Source: Azolla caroliniana (Eukaryota > Plantae > Polypodiophyta). Taken from it: a DNA stretch of 64,000 nt. Positions 1-13,959 of this stretch are shown here, one piece after another (position 1 is the first letter of the stretch; every line of letters begins with the position of its first letter). The stretch lies in the NCBI GenBank assembly GCA_043228905.1, contig JBHGNT010000010.1, forward strand, positions 5,642,001 to 5,706,000. Direction: 5' to 3'. The position numbers and the translations under genes are program-made. The notes beneath the pieces are model-generated. The model was not told where the DNA came from. It saw only the letters and a list, made by a program, of their open reading frames with translations, and made no database searches.

Positions 1-788
1 GCTGCCGCCGCCTTCCATTTTCTGCAACAGTCGCTCTGATACCAGTTTGTTGAGAATCAACGCTTGGATTCACCTTCACCGCTCGGCCACAACCGATTAA
101 TCGCGAATCAATGCAGCAGAAAATAGGAAATACAGAGAAAGACGCGATACACAGGGGATTAACGTGGAAAACCCTATACGGGAAAAACCACGGGAGTGCG
201 AGACTCCAAACCAAACTATGCACAGAGAAATATACAATGGCAAGCTGCAAGGCAACGACCTTGAGCTCGCCGTCCTCGCCACAGGCGGCGGAAATACACA
301 GAGGCGTCTACCTCTTCGTCTCTCTTCCGCTCTATCTCTCTCTCTCTCTCTCGGCTGCTCCCTCTTCACTCCTCTTGAGTGGAAAATCAGGAAAAATAAT
401 CAGCAACCACATAAACTGTTTGCCCTAAGTCATATTTATACACATATGACTTTCGGGCTATTTACAAATTTAGCCTCAAGGGCTCTTAGCAAAACATATT
501 CACAAATATGTCCCCGCATCCGGATCTCTCTCCGGGTACATTCAGCATCTGGCTCCGTAACCGGGGTCTTCATCATCCGGCTCCGTAACCGGGGTCTTCA
601 TCATCCGGCTCCGTAACCGGGGTCTTCATCATCCGGCTCCGTAACCGGGGTCTTCAGCATCCGGCTCCGTAACCGGGGTCTTCATCATCCGGCTCCGTAA
701 CCGGAGTCTTCATCATCCGGCTCCGTAACCGGGGTCTTCATCATTTATCTCCGGGGACATCCCATCCGGAGGGACCGAAATCCCAACA
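1..788 (-). mobile_element. Ty1/Copia element Z: 5' LTR (48-788), PBS and gag start; body extends left of the window; same family as D
   Basis: LTR reads TGTTGAG(48)..CCCAACA(788). The tRNA-iMet PBS TGGTATCAGAGC lies on - at 33-44, followed by ATG GAA GGC GGC as in D (9214). LTR is homologous to the D LTRs. Confidence 0.9.
541..746. repeat. 28-bp tandem repeat x7 within LTR Z
   Basis: Unit CCGGCTCCGTAACCGGGGTCTTCATCAT; GGCTCC recurs at 551, 579, 607, 635, 663, 691 and 719. Confidence 0.95.
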
Positions 789-950
789 GGGCTTGCCCAT
801 GCACCTCTCCTTTTCACAAACACGTTCGAATACGTGTGCCATGATTGTGCAAGACTTCCTTGTGTTGTGCGTGTGAGCCCTATTTCCTTCCCGTCCATAA
901 CCCTGGCGGTTCACCTCACGATCCGCACATAGTGGCGGATTTTCATGACA
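789..950 (+). mobile_element. U5 end of a Gypsy-type LTR (F/G/H lineage), interrupted by Copia Z
   Basis: Ends ..CACGATCCGCACATAGTGGCGGATTTTCATGACA, the reverse complement of the LTR termini at 14787, 18551 and 23021. 789-812 matches the repeat unit in the H LTR. Confidence 0.85.
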
Positions 951-1147
951 GCGTGGCCGAGAGGAAGAATCGGATGATAGAAGAGGCGGCAAGGGCGATG
1001 CTTGAAGAGAAGCATTTGCTGAAGTTCTATTGGGCTGAAGCGGTTAGAACAGCCATCTACCTTCAGAATCGGGCATCTGCCAATGGAGGAGTGTACTTCA
1101 AGAAGAAGCCGAACTTGGCACACTTGACGGTCTTCGGTAGCATCACG

Positions 1148-1666
1148 TGAAGAGAAACACGCGGAATATTGCTCGGCCACAACCGAGTCTTGAATCCCTT
1201 CTCTGAGAATGAAACACAGAAATGGGAAGTGGGGAGTACACAAAAGGAAATACAGATGATGTTTACATGGAAAACCCTAAGTGGGAAAAACCACGGGCTC
1301 CAACTATCACTATAGGAGAAAGGTACAATCGAAGCCTTGGAGGCAACGACCTCGAGATCTATATCTTCGCCAACTGGCGGTTACAACAAAGTATCACTCT
1401 ATATCTCACACTCACTCTCTCTCTATACAACAATATAACAACTCCTACAACATAATAAAGTGGTTGCCCTATGTCATATTTATACTTATATGAACTTAGG
1501 ACTATTTACAAATATAGCCTCAATAAGCTTACTGAAAACATATTTACAGATATGTCTCTCTTCTGGTTCTCACCGGCTCTCCTCCGGTTTCCGGATCTCT
1601 TCCGGTTCTCACCGAGTCCTCTTCATTCATCACTGGATTCCATCCGGAGGGACCGATTTCCCAACA
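1148..1666 (-). repeat. 3' LTR of Copia B
   Basis: TGAAGAG..CCCAACA; diverged direct repeat of 21911-22467. Confidence 0.92.
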
Positions 1667-2524
1667 ATCTCCCTATTCACTCCAGCATGGGATGTCTTGT
1701 TAGCCCGATCTGCTTTCGACACGCATCCAACTTGTCGGTTGTCAGCACCTTGGTCAACATGTCCGACCCGTTCTCCTCCGTGTGAATCTTCGTCAGCACG
1801 AACTCTTGATCTTCTACTCTCTCCCGGATTCAGTGGTACCTCCGCTAAATATGTTTTGTCCGGAAATGGTAGGCCGCGTTCTTTTCAAGGTGGATGACAC
1901 TTTGACTATCGCAGTAGAGCCGGTATTCCTCCTATTGGATCCCTACCTCTCCAATGAAGTCCTTCATCCAGATTATCGCCTTGCCGACTTCTACAACTGC
2001 CATGTACTCTGCTCCGTGGTTGAAACCGCAACCATCTTCTGCAACCTCGACTACCATGATACAACTCCCCTTGCATAAGTCATGACTTATCCTGATGTAG
2101 ACCGACTGGTATTCGCATCAGCCGACATATCCGAATCTGTGAATACGTCAAGTTGGGGATTATCGAAGCCGAACAGGAGACAGATCCTTGAGGTGCCTTT
2201 CAGATACCAAGGTATCCACTTGACCGCGTTCCAATGCTCTTTGCCGGGATTGCTCATGAACCGACTACCACTCCGACTGCATATCCGATATCCGGCCGGG
2301 TACATACCATTGCGTACATCAAACTCCCAGCGGCAGAGGCATATGGTATCTTCATTATATTCGTCTTCTCCGACTTTGTCCTCGGGCTTTGTTTTCCGGA
2401 TAGCTTGCAGTTTGCCGACAGTGTCGATCCGACTAGTTTTGCCTCCGACATGTTGAACCGTTGAAGCACCTTTGTCACGTACTTCTCTTGTGACATCCAC
2501 AATAGCTTCTTCGACCGGTCCCGG

Positions 2525-2694
2525 TGTCGAATACTGTGTATAATGGACGTATTCACACTATCCCTTTGGGCCATTTGTGTAATTAGCATAAATGGTAGTT
2601 GCCCTAAGTCGGTCACTATATATATTGACCTTGTAACCTTTTTGTAAGGTTGGGCGTTGTATTATTGCTTTTGTGGAATAGAAAGTCTTTTGTG

Positions 2695-2739
<45 letters not shown>

Positions 2740-5700
2740 AACGACCTAGAATCTGTCATACGCAGGTACAGAACAGAATCGAATGCTTCTTGATCTTCCG
2801 CATCGACACGGCCTTGTCTTCAACATCTGGTATCAGAGCCTGCACAGTATTCGGTCCTTCAATCCGCTGTCGGCCGTCGTCTCAGCCTGCACGGTATTCG
2901 GTTTCCTGCGTCATTCGAAGAAGAGAGAAGAAGAAGAAAAACGAGGCTTGCATCTCATCGCGTTAGATCATCTTCACTTGGAGTAAGCCAGCAGGTTGTA
3001 CTCTGTTCCTTGTGATCGTAACCGCTCGAGGTGAAATCCCCTTGCGCAACATTGACACGATCGTGCTCCACCCGGTTAAACGGCATCCGAAGAGGTAATC
3101 AAACGCCGCTCATTGTAACCACTCGGTGCAGATCGGTCTCAAGACAACAACCCCAATTCGTGCTTCATCCGGCTGATCGACATTCGGGAGGATCAGTTGG
3201 ATCCGTCTCTCTCGTCGCTGCAGTCAACCGAAGCAGAATCGGTCCAGATAATCGGTTTCAATAATCGGTATTCGGCATATATATCCGAAGCGAACCGGGC
3301 TCACTCCGACTCGGCAACATTCGGGAAGACCAGTCGGTTCTGTCCCTCAAGCTACCGGAGTCAATTCGAGCAAGTTCCGAAGCCGAACCGACTCGGGTTC
3401 AAATCCGACTAGAACGATATCGGGTGAGCCAACCGGCTGCACTCCAACAAGGTTCGTAGTCAACTCCGAACCGAGCTTCGTCAACCGAAACCGAATTTGA
3501 TGGCATCAACATCCGGCTCGTCAGAAATGAGTCTACGAAAGTTCGATGGATCGAACTTCAACTTCTGGAAGGAACAAATGCAGGACTATCTCATAGTCAA
3601 GGGGCAAATCGATCCCATCGAAAATGAAGAACCTCCAGAAGGATACAAACCAATTGAGTGGCAGAAGCTGGACAGAATTGTCCGCGCCACGATTCGGATG
3701 CACCTATCGGAATCGGTATACTTTACGGTGCAATCGTGTACGACAGCATTCGAACTGTGGAAAACACTGTCGGACACTTACGAAAAGAAGGTCGCCACAA
3801 CGAAGATGTTTCTGATCCGGCGCCTCTACAACTTGCGGATGAAAGAATCCGATTCGGTTCAAGCACACCTCAATGAGTACGAAAGCATAAGCTCCCAAAT
3901 CTCGTCACAGGGGACGACAATCGAGGATGAACTCAGAGCAATGATACTCATGAGCAGCCTTCCCTCATCATGGGAAACTTTCGTCACAACCGTGTGAAAC
4001 GCGTCAACCACGGCTGTTAAATACTCCGAAGTCACGAGCGCAATCCTGACCGAAGCAGCTCGGAGAAAGTCTTTCGCCAAAGACTCAACAGACGACGCTT
4101 ACATAGTACAAGGTTCGACAGACCGATCGAACATACGAGGAAGAGATTCCTCACGGCCGCCGAACAATCAGCGAAGACGGAGCCAGTCACGGGATAACCG
4201 AATCTGCAACTATTGCAAGAAACCCGGACACATCAAAGCCGACTGCCGCGCACTCAAGAACAAGAACAACAAGAAGAGTGGCCGGCATGAGGAGATCAAT
4301 TACGTCAGCTTCTCAGCTGATGTACTACCAGACGACCCGAATATACTATCAATCGAAAATCCAGTCGGATCAGAAGTTCTACTCACGACTGAAGAATCGA
4401 GCACATGGCTCTTAGATTCGGGCGCGTCATTTCACGTGACTCCTCATCGATCCCAATTTCGGCAATATACGATCCGTCACTCCGACTCAGTTCGAGTCGG
4501 CAACTCACAACACTGTGACATCATCGGAATCGGCACAGTAGAGCTCAACCTTGCAGGTGGCTCTACACTTGTACTCCACAATGTCCGACATGTACCCGAG
4601 CTCTCAAGGCCATTGATCTCAGTCGGACAACTAGATGAAGACGGCATTCGTGCCGGTTTCTCTTCGGGAGGGTGGACACTCCACAGGGGGAACCTCCTGC
4701 TTGCTAGAGGACCCAAGATACACTCCCTGTATCCGTTACATGTTACGCTCAGAGAGGGTAACCTGTTTTTGGTGGATATTCCTGTGTCATCACTATGGCA
4801 CCGAAGATTAGGACACCTCAGCAAGGCCGGCATTACGCATCTATCTAGAGCCGGATACATCCCCAAACTCTCCTTCTCCAACCATCAATTCTGCAATCAT
4901 TGCCAGTATGGCAAACAAGCAGCCGCATCACACCCGACCTCAGCACCAAGAGAAACGAGACCTCTCGATCTAGTCCACTCGGACGTCTGTGGCCCAATGC
5001 CGCATCAGTCTCTTGGCGGTGCCTCCTACTTCGTCAGTTTTATTGACGATTCGACTCGGAAGGTGTGGGCTTATCCAATTCGCACCAAAGATCGTGTCTT
5101 CTCGATCTTCTCCGATTGGCTCGCTATGGTAGAAAATCAAACCGACCGAAAGCTGAAATGCCTTCGGACAGACAATGGGGGAGAGTTCAAATCCGAAGAA
5201 TTCGTCAAATTCTGCCGACAACGCGGCATCCGACGTGAATTTACGGCACCACACAGTCCGGAGCAAAACGGGATTGCCGAACGCATGAATCGGACAATCC
5301 AAGAACGGATAGTTTCCATGCTCCAACACTCCGGACTGTCGGATGGCTTCTGGGCAGAGGCTCTACTCACGGCAGTACACATAATCAATATGTCGCCAAG
5401 TAGACCTCTAGGACTTCAAATTCCTCAGGAACTATGGATCGGCAGTAAGCCGAATTACGACAAGCTGAGGATCTTCGGATGCGAGGCGTACGCCCTTATT
5501 CCGAAAGATGATCGCCGAAAACTTGCACCTCGGTCCAGGAAATGCATTTTCCTTGGATATGGATCCGACGGCGAAATGGGATACCGACTCTGGGACCCCG
5601 AACGCAGACAAATCGTTCGAAGTTCGGACGTTGTGTTCAACGAGTCAGCTATGAATCCATCAGTCGAAAAACCGATCGAAGTCCGAAGGGTAACATTTTC

Positions 5701-7991
5701 CGATGTGCCGACCCTTCAAGAAGGCCCCGCTCTCAACACACGGTCAGCTTCACGGGTAGCTGAACCTTACACTACCGACTCGGACAACCCCGACTCGGCA
5801 CAGCAGAACAATCCGCTTTCGGACCATCCGACCTCGATACCCGATGCGACCAGTCCAATCATACCTCGACGATCCGAGAGACTGTCGCAACCTCCGGAGA
5901 GGTATTCTCCTGGAATTTTTTTCACCGACGCCGGCGAACCGACGTCTTACGAAGAAGCATCGACATCTGTCGATTCAGCCACCTGGCATCTGGCGATGGA
6001 GTCGGAAATGCACTCCATTCGGGCAAACAAGACTTGGGATCTGGTCGAATTACCTAGGAACCGACGTGCTCTTCCTTGCAAGTGGGTTTATCGACTAAAA
6101 GAGACGTCTGATTCGACCACCCCAAAGTACAAGGCCAGATTAGTTGCGAAGGGCTTCCGACAAGAATATGGCGTCGACTTCGACGAGATTTTTTCACCAG
6201 TGGTGAAAATGACAACCCTTCGTTTCCTACTCGGCGTAGTGGCAGCCGACAACCTGGAGCTGATTTAGCTAGATGTCAAAACAGCCTTCCTCCATGGTGA
6301 TCTTGACGAGGAAATTTATATGGAGCAGCCAAAAGGCTTCGTGGCGCCTGGCCAAGAACATCTAGTCTGCCGACTCAGGAAGAGTCTATACGGCCTCAAA
6401 CAGGCACCGCGACAATGGTACAAGAAGTTCGACGACTTCATCCAATCGATCGGCTTCTCAAAAAGCGATGAGGACCATTGTCTCTTCACCAACACAGCTC
6501 AAGATGGATCACCCATCTTCCTCATCATTTACGTGGACGACATGCTAATTTCTGGACGCCACGCGGGCGAACTTGCCGATCTCATTCGGCAACTGCGGTT
6601 GAAGTTTGCCATGAAGGACCTCGGTCCGGCACGACACATACTCGGCATGAAGATTAGTCGGCATCGCGATAAACGACATCTTTTTTTGTCTCAGACCGAC
6701 TATATCCGACGTGTCTTGGAATGCTTCAACATGCAATCAGCCAAATCTGCTTCAACCCCGCTCCCCATGAATCTTCGGCTCTCTCAGCGAGACTGCCCGA
6801 CATCCGGTCCGGAGGGGGAAGATATGAAGTCGGTACCGTATGCACCGGCAGTCGGCTCCCTTATGTACCTGATGGTCGCGACACGGCCTGATATTTCTCA
6901 CGCCGTAGGAGTCGTTAGCAGATTTATGCACAATCCCGGCCGATCGCATTGGAACGCAGTCAAGCATGTGTTCAGATATCTGGCTGGCACAAAAGACCAC
7001 GGCATTCTTTTCGGTCCGAACCGAACCTCAGGCGTAGTCGGTTACACCGACTCGGACTTCGCCGGTTGTATAGACAGTCGGAAGTCAACAACCGGATACT
7101 GCTTCAAATTCGGCAATGGAGCAATCTCGTGGAAGTCGAAACTTCAGGAGTGCACAGCAACCTCAACGACCGAAGCAGAATATGTAGCTGCGTCCGACGC
7201 AGCAAAAGAAGCTTTGTGGCTCGGTCGGCTGGCGCACACGTTTCGACAAGTCGACCATGACTCGGCCCCAGTTGTCTACAGCGACAGTCAAGGTGCGGTT
7301 GCCTTGTCAAAAAATCCGGTTCACCACAACGCCTCCAAACATATCGACGTTCGATATCACTTCGTTCGGGACTGCGTCATTTCAGGGAAAATCGGTCTAG
7401 AGAAAATATCCACAACCGACAATGTCGCAAATGGAATGACCAAGTGTCTTTCGGCAGACCGCTTTCGGTCTCTTCGGCATCAGATGGGCGTAACGACAAA
7501 CCAGCCCGGTTAGAGCCGGACACAGCGCAGGATGGTTCCCGACAACCGACATCAGTTCCTTAATGATCGGCTTCAACTGTTCCGACCCGACTAGTTCGGT
7601 CTTCTGCCTTCGGACCCTGCCGACTCGAACAAAGCTGATATGTCCGAGAACCTAAGTCTATACCTGTAATCTTAGATAACCCATGTATACGCCCATTACG
7701 GGGGAGTGTCGAATACTGTGTATAATGGACGTATTCACACTATCCCTTTGGGCCATTTGTGTAATTAGCATAAATGGTAGTTGCCCTAAGTCGGTCACTA
7801 TATATATTGACCTTGTAACCTTTTTGTAAGGTTGGGCGTTGTATTATTGCTTTTGTGGAATAGAAAGTCTTTTGTGCCTCTCTCTCTCTCTCTCTCTCTT
7901 TGTGCAACGACCTAGAATCTGTCATACGCAGGTACAGAACAGAATCGAATGCTTCTTGATCTTCCGCATCGACACGGCCTTGTCTTCAACA
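2525..7991 (+). mobile_element. Copia C, full length and young
   Basis: LTRs at 2525-2825 and 7707-7991, identical except for (CT)n length and one substitution. TSD CCCGG (2520-2524, 7992-7996); iMet PBS 2828-2839; PPT 7698-7706. Confidence 0.97.
3500..7513 (+). pseudogene. Copia C gag-pol: one frame, two in-frame stops (3995, 6266)
   Basis: FDGSNFNFWK, zinc knuckle CNYCKKPGHIKADC, WLLDSGAS, VHSDVCGP..TDNGGE..GIAER, YVDD and YTDSD appear in Copia PR-IN-RT-RH order. Confidence 0.95.
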
Positions 7992-8603
7992 CCCGGATGA
8001 TGTGCATTCCCAATATCTGTCTTGTCGACCCCAAGTCTTTCATTGAGAAGGTCCAGTTCAGAGCCTTCTTCAACATCCGAATCTTGACTTGGTCTCATCT
8101 GACGATTAGCATATCATCCACAAATAGGAGTATCAAGAAATCTCCTCCCTCAAATTTCTTCACAAACACGCCATGATCGGCTTGCCTCTTGTGGTACCTT
8201 TGGTAGGTCATGAAGGAGTCAAACTTCCGGTACCATTGCTGAGGGGCTTGCTGCAGTCCGTATAGGCTCTTCTTCAGCCAGCACGCCAGGTGCTCCTTCC
8301 CTTTCCTCTCAAATTTTTCAGGTTGATGCATGTAGATCTCTTCTACGAGGTCGCCATTGAGGAATGTCGTCTTGACGTCCAGTTGCTCTGCCTCGAGGTC
8401 CATGCTTGCCGTTATGCCCAATACCGTATGGATGGATGTCATCTTTACTACCGGGGCAAAGATCTCATGGAAGTCCACTCCTTTCTTTTGCTGGAACACC
8501 TTCAGCATGATCCGGGCTTTGTACCTTGGTGGATATCCGGCGTCTCCCGGTTTCAGCATGTAGATCTTTTCTACGAGGTCGTCATGTAGGAATGCCATCT
8601 TGA

Positions 8604-8879
8604 CGGATGATGAAGACCCGGTTCCGGATCCGGATGATGAAGACCCCGGCTACGGAGCCGGATGATGAAGACCCCGACTACGGAGCCGGATGACGAATGT
8701 ACCCGGAGAGAGATCCGGATGTGGGGACATATTTGTGAATATGTTTGCCAAGGGCCCTTGAGGCTATATTTGTAAATAGCCCGAAAGTCATATGTGTATA
8801 AATATGACTTAGGGCAAACAGTTTTGTAGTTGTTGCTTATTTTTCTGTTTTCCACTTAGAAGGAGCGAAGTGAGAGCAG

Positions 8880-8917
<38 letters not shown>

Positions 8918-11900
8918 GAGGTCGACGCCTCTGTGTAATACCGCCGCCTGTGGCGAAGACAGCGAGCTCAAGGTCGTCGCCTTGCAGCTCGCCATTGTAC
9001 ATTCCCTGCGTATACTGATAGTTGGAGTCTTGCACTCCCGTGGTTTTTCCCGTCTAGGGTTTTCCACGCTAAACCCTGTGCATTCGAGTCTCTCTCTGTG
9101 TTTTGATTTTCTGCTGCATTGATTCGTGTTTCCTCGGTTGTGGCCGAGAGGTGAAAGAAATTGAAAGCCTCGATTTCTAACAATCTGGTATCAGAGCGAC
9201 TGCAGTGCAGAAAATGGAAGGCGGCAGCAGCGGGCAGCCGGGGATGATGGTGCTGAATGCGCAGAACTACGCCGACTGGAAGATAAAGATGGAGGATCTG
9301 CTCATTGTTCGGGACCTGTATGAACCGATCGACAGGTCGGAAATACCCAAGGGGGTACTTGAGACGGAATGGAGGCTTCTGAACCGGAAAGCCGTTGCAA
9401 CCATTCGGCAATACGTCGACGTGAGCGTTCTACAACATGTGGCGAACGACACCAACGCATATGAGATGTGGCAGAAGCTGTCGGGCCTCTACGAGAGGAA
9501 AAATGCGTTGAACCGGACCTCCCTGATGAGGAAGATAGTGAACCTCAAGTACCGGGACGACGAGAGCATGGTGGAACACGTGAGCACGTTCATGGGATTC
9601 GTGAACCAGCTTGCGGCGATCAAGTTCCCGTTGGAGGATGCAATGCAAGCCATCATGCTGATGTGTACATTGCCGGAAAGCTGGGAGAACTTGGTGGTGA
9701 CTCTCAGCACCTCCTGCACCGAAGATAACTTGTCCCTACAAACGGTAAAGACAAGCATTTTGAACGAAGAAGCGCGTCGGAGAGATAAAGAACCGGCCTC
9801 CGATCCGAAGATGCTGCTTACCGAATCGGATCGGGGAAGACAACGGAACCAGAGTCCGCAAAGACGGGAGAAGTCGGGGACCCGGTCGCGGTCAAGAGGA
9901 AGGCCCACATGCTTCCACTGTGGGAAGCCGGGGCACTTCCGAAAGAATTGTCGGCATTACCGAAAAGACAACGGAGCCGACGACACCGATTCGAAGAAGT
10001 CTTCGGAACGGAACGGTGCTTACCGGGGAGCCACGGACCGGAATGGTTCGGATCGGCGAGGGCAGGACCGGAAAGGAACGACGGCACTCGCGGCAAGTGA
10101 AGAGGAGATCATGCTCATCACCGAAGAAGGTGAACTAAACATTGCCGGCGATGAGACTACCTGGGTGGTCGATTCCGGAGCGTCGTTCCACCTGACCCCG
10201 GAAAGAAGATACTTCTCATCCTACACAGCCGGTGAGCATGGCTGTGTTCGGATGGGAAATGAAGGTACGTGCCGGATTGCCGGCATAGGAGACGTGTGGT
10301 TGACAACCTTGACCGGATGCAAAATGTTGCTGAAGGATGTCCGACACGTTCCGGAGGTTCGATTGAACCTGATTTCGGCCGGGAGGCTAGACGATGAAGG
10401 CTACATAGGTAGCATCCGGAACTGCGTAATGAAGTTCAGCAAGGGGAGCCCGATAGTGGCTCGGGCCCGGAAAGTCAACACACTGTACCTTATGAATGCC
10501 TGGTTGTGTCCGGAGGAGTTGAACGTGGCAGCCGACACTGCCGGTGAGCTGTGGCACAAGAGACTGTGCCACATGAGTGAGAAGGGGATGAAGAGGCTTG
10601 CAGAAGACAACCTTATTCCAGTGAAGCATGTGCACCTGGAGAAGTGCACCGATTGCCTGGCCGGTAAGCAGAACCGAGCCTCCTTCCACTGAAGGCCACC
10701 GACGAGACGTAGCGCACCATTGGAGTTGGTGCACACTGACGTGTGTCAAGTAGAAACGAAGTCACATGGCGGAGCCCAGTACTTCGTGACATTCATTGAT
10801 GACCACAGCCGGAAGCTGTGGACGGCACCGTTGAAGACAAAGGACCAAGTGTTGTGCGTCTTCAAAGAACTCCACGCGAGAGTGGAAAGGGAATCCGGCA
10901 AGAAGCTGAAAGCGATACGAGCGGATAACGGAGGGGAATACCGGGGGCAGTTCGCGGAGTACTGTCGCTCGAAGGGAATCCGGCTCGAGTATACTGTGCC
11001 GAAGACGTCGGAACTGAACGGGCTGGCCGAGAGGATGAACCGGACCATAATGGAGAGGGTCCGGAGTATGCTGGCGCATGCGAAATTACCCAAGGGGTTT
11101 TGGGCTGAGGCAATGTCGACGGTGACATACGTGATAAACAGATCACCCTCAATACCGTTGGACGGAGACACGCCGCAGAAAGTGTGGACCGGTAGGGAAG
11201 CATCCTACCGGCATCTGAAGGTGTTCGGGTGTCTCGTATATGTGCATGTGGCAAAGGACCGGAGAGGAAAGCTAGATCCAAAGACCCGGCCATGCATATT
11301 CCTCGGTTACGGCGATGACGAGTTCGGCTACCGAGTATGGGACCCGGTCGACAAAAAGATATTCCGGAGTCGCGATATCATCTTCATGGAGGACAAGACA
11401 CTCGCCGACTGGGAGTCGGAGAAGAAGATGAAGAGCTCCAAGTCGACCGGTGAGGATCAACTCTACGAAGAGCAGTCCCGACCGGCAAGGGACCGGTTAG
11501 CACTCGAGGATCCGGCCGAAGACGGTGAAGAAACAGAACCGACCGAGGAAGATGAAACTGATACCGGAACCGGCCCCGATCCCGAAATGGATTCGGATCA
11601 AGAGGAAACGGAGGAGCCGGTTACCGAAGCTCCGGAACGGAGATATCCTCTAAGAGAGAGAAGGCCCCCCCGGAGATTTCCGGAACCAGAGCACGTGCTG
11701 CTAACCGACGAGGGGGAGCCGCAGAGTTTTGAAGAAGCAAAGCTTGACACCCATAGCCGCAGGTGGTTAAGTGCCATGCAGGAGGAGATGGATTCCCTGC
11801 ATGAGAACCACACATATGAACTTGTGGAGTTGCCGAAAGGAAAGCGGGCACTTCGAAACAATTGGGTGTTCAAGCTGAAACCGGGAGATGCCGGAAACCC

Positions 11901-13959
11901 CCCGAGATACAAAGCCAGGATCGTGGTGAAGGGGTTCCAGCAGAAGAAGGGCGTCGACTTCGACGAGATATTTGCCCCGGTAGTGAAGATGACCTCCATC
12001 CGGACGGTGCTGAGCATAGCGGCAAGCATGGACCTCGAGGTAGAACAGATGGACGTGAAGACGGCATTCCTTCACGGTGACCTCAAAGAAGAGATCTACA
12101 TGCAGCAACCGGAAGGATTCGAGAAGAAAGGGAAGGAGCACCTGGTATGCCGGTTGAAGAAGAGCCTTTACGGACTGAAGCAGGCTCCCCGGCAATGGTA
12201 CCGGAAGTTCGACTCTTTCATGACCGACGAAGGGTACCACAAAACGCAGTCCGATCACTGCGTGTTTGTGAAGAAGTTCGAAGGAGGAGACTTTCTAATA
12301 CTCCTCCTTTACGTGGACGACATGTTGATCGTCGGACGGGACCAGGTCAAGATACGGATGCTGAAGAAAGCGCTTCACCGAACCTTCTCAATGAAGGACC
12401 TGGGTCCGGCGAGGCAAATACTAGGGATGCACATCATCCGGGACCGGACGAAGAAGCAGTTGTGGCTGTCACAGGAGAAGTACGTGACAAAGGTGCTTCA
12501 CCGGTTCAACATGTCGGAAGCAAGACCGGTCGGGTCAACCCTCCCGGCAAACTGCAAGTTGTCCAGCAAGCAAAGCCCCAAGACAAAGGCTGAGAAGGAG
12601 GACATGATGAAAGTACCATATGCCTCTGCCGTCGGAAGCTTGATGTACGCAATGGTGTGTACAAGACCGGACATAGGATATGCAGTCGGAGTGGTGAGCC
12701 GGTACATGAGCAATCCCGGCAAAGAGCACTGGAACGCGGCCAAGTGGATACTCCGATACCTGAAGGGCACGGCAAACGTGTGCCTCCGATTCGGCTCCGG
12801 TAAGCCCGAACTCGACGGCTTTACCGATTCGGATATGTCGGCTGATGCAGATACCAGCCGGTCCACATCAGGGTATGTGATGACGTATGCAGGGGGAGTT
12901 GTTTCGTGGCAGTCGAGGCTGTAGAAAACGGTTGCGTTGTCAACCACGGAGGTGGAGTACATGGCGGCTGTTGAAGCCGGTAAGGAAATAATATGGATGA
13001 AGGACTTCATTAGAGAGCTCGGTATCCGGCAGGAGGAGTACCGACTCTACTGCGACAGTCAGAGTGCCATCCACCTTGCGAAGAACGCGGCCTATCACTC
13101 CCGGACGAAGCACATCCAGCGAAGATATCACTGGATCTGGGAAAGGATAGAAGACCAGGAGTTCGTGCTGACGAAGATCCACACGGACGAGAACGGGTCA
13201 GATATGCTGACCAAAGTGCTCACACCCGACAAGCTGGAAGCGTGCCGGAAGAGGGTCGGACTGGAAAGACATCCCATGCCGAAGTGAAGGGGGAGTTTGT
13301 TGGGATTACGGTCCCTCCGGATGGGATGGTTGGATGTCCGGGAATCGGGAATGAAGACCCGAATGAGGAGTACCCGGTATCGGAGCCGGATGATGAAGAC
13401 CCGGTTCCGGATCCGGATGATGAAGACCCCGGCTACGGAGCCGGATGATGAAGACCCCGGCTACGGAGCCGGATGACGAATGTACCCGGAGAGAGATCCG
13501 GATGTGGGGACATATTTGTGAATATGTTTGCCAAGGGCCCTTGAGGCTATATTTGTAAATAGCCCGAAAGTCATATGTGTATAAATATGACTTAGGGCAA
13601 ACAGTTTTGTAGTTGTTGCTTATTTTTCTGTTTTCCACTTAGAGGGAGCGAAGTGAGAGCAGCCGAGAGAGAGAGAGAGAGAGAGAGAAAGGAAGAGGTC
13701 GACGCCTCTGTGTAATACCGCCGCCTGTGGCGAGGACAACGAGCTCAAGGTCGTCGCCTTGCAGCTCGCCATTGTACATTCCCTGCGTATACTGATAGTT
13801 GGAGTCTTGCACTCCCGTGGTTTTTCCCGTCTAGGGTTTTCCACGCTAAACCCTGTGCATTCGAGTCTCTCTCTGTGTTTTGATTTTCTGCTGCATTGAT
13901 TCGTGTTTCCTCGGTTGTGGCCGAGAGGTGAAAGAAATTGAAAGCCTCGATTTCTAACA
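8604..13959 (+). mobile_element. Copia D, near full length; 5' LTR lacks its first ~89 bp
   Basis: LTRs at 8604-9182 and 13298-13959 differ by about 4 substitutions plus (GA)n length. PBS 9186-9197; PPT 13286-13295; right TSD CGAGG at 13960-13964. Confidence 0.96.
9214..13287 (+). pseudogene. Copia D gag-pol: one frame, two in-frame stops (10690, 12922)
   Basis: CFHCGKPGHFRKNC, WVVDSGAS, VHTDVC..ADNGGE..GLAER, YVDD, FTDSD. Confidence 0.95.

Noticed and set aside
541-746. 28-bp repeats resembling a CRISPR array
   Set aside because: Head-to-tail with no spacers, inside a plant LTR, no cas genes.
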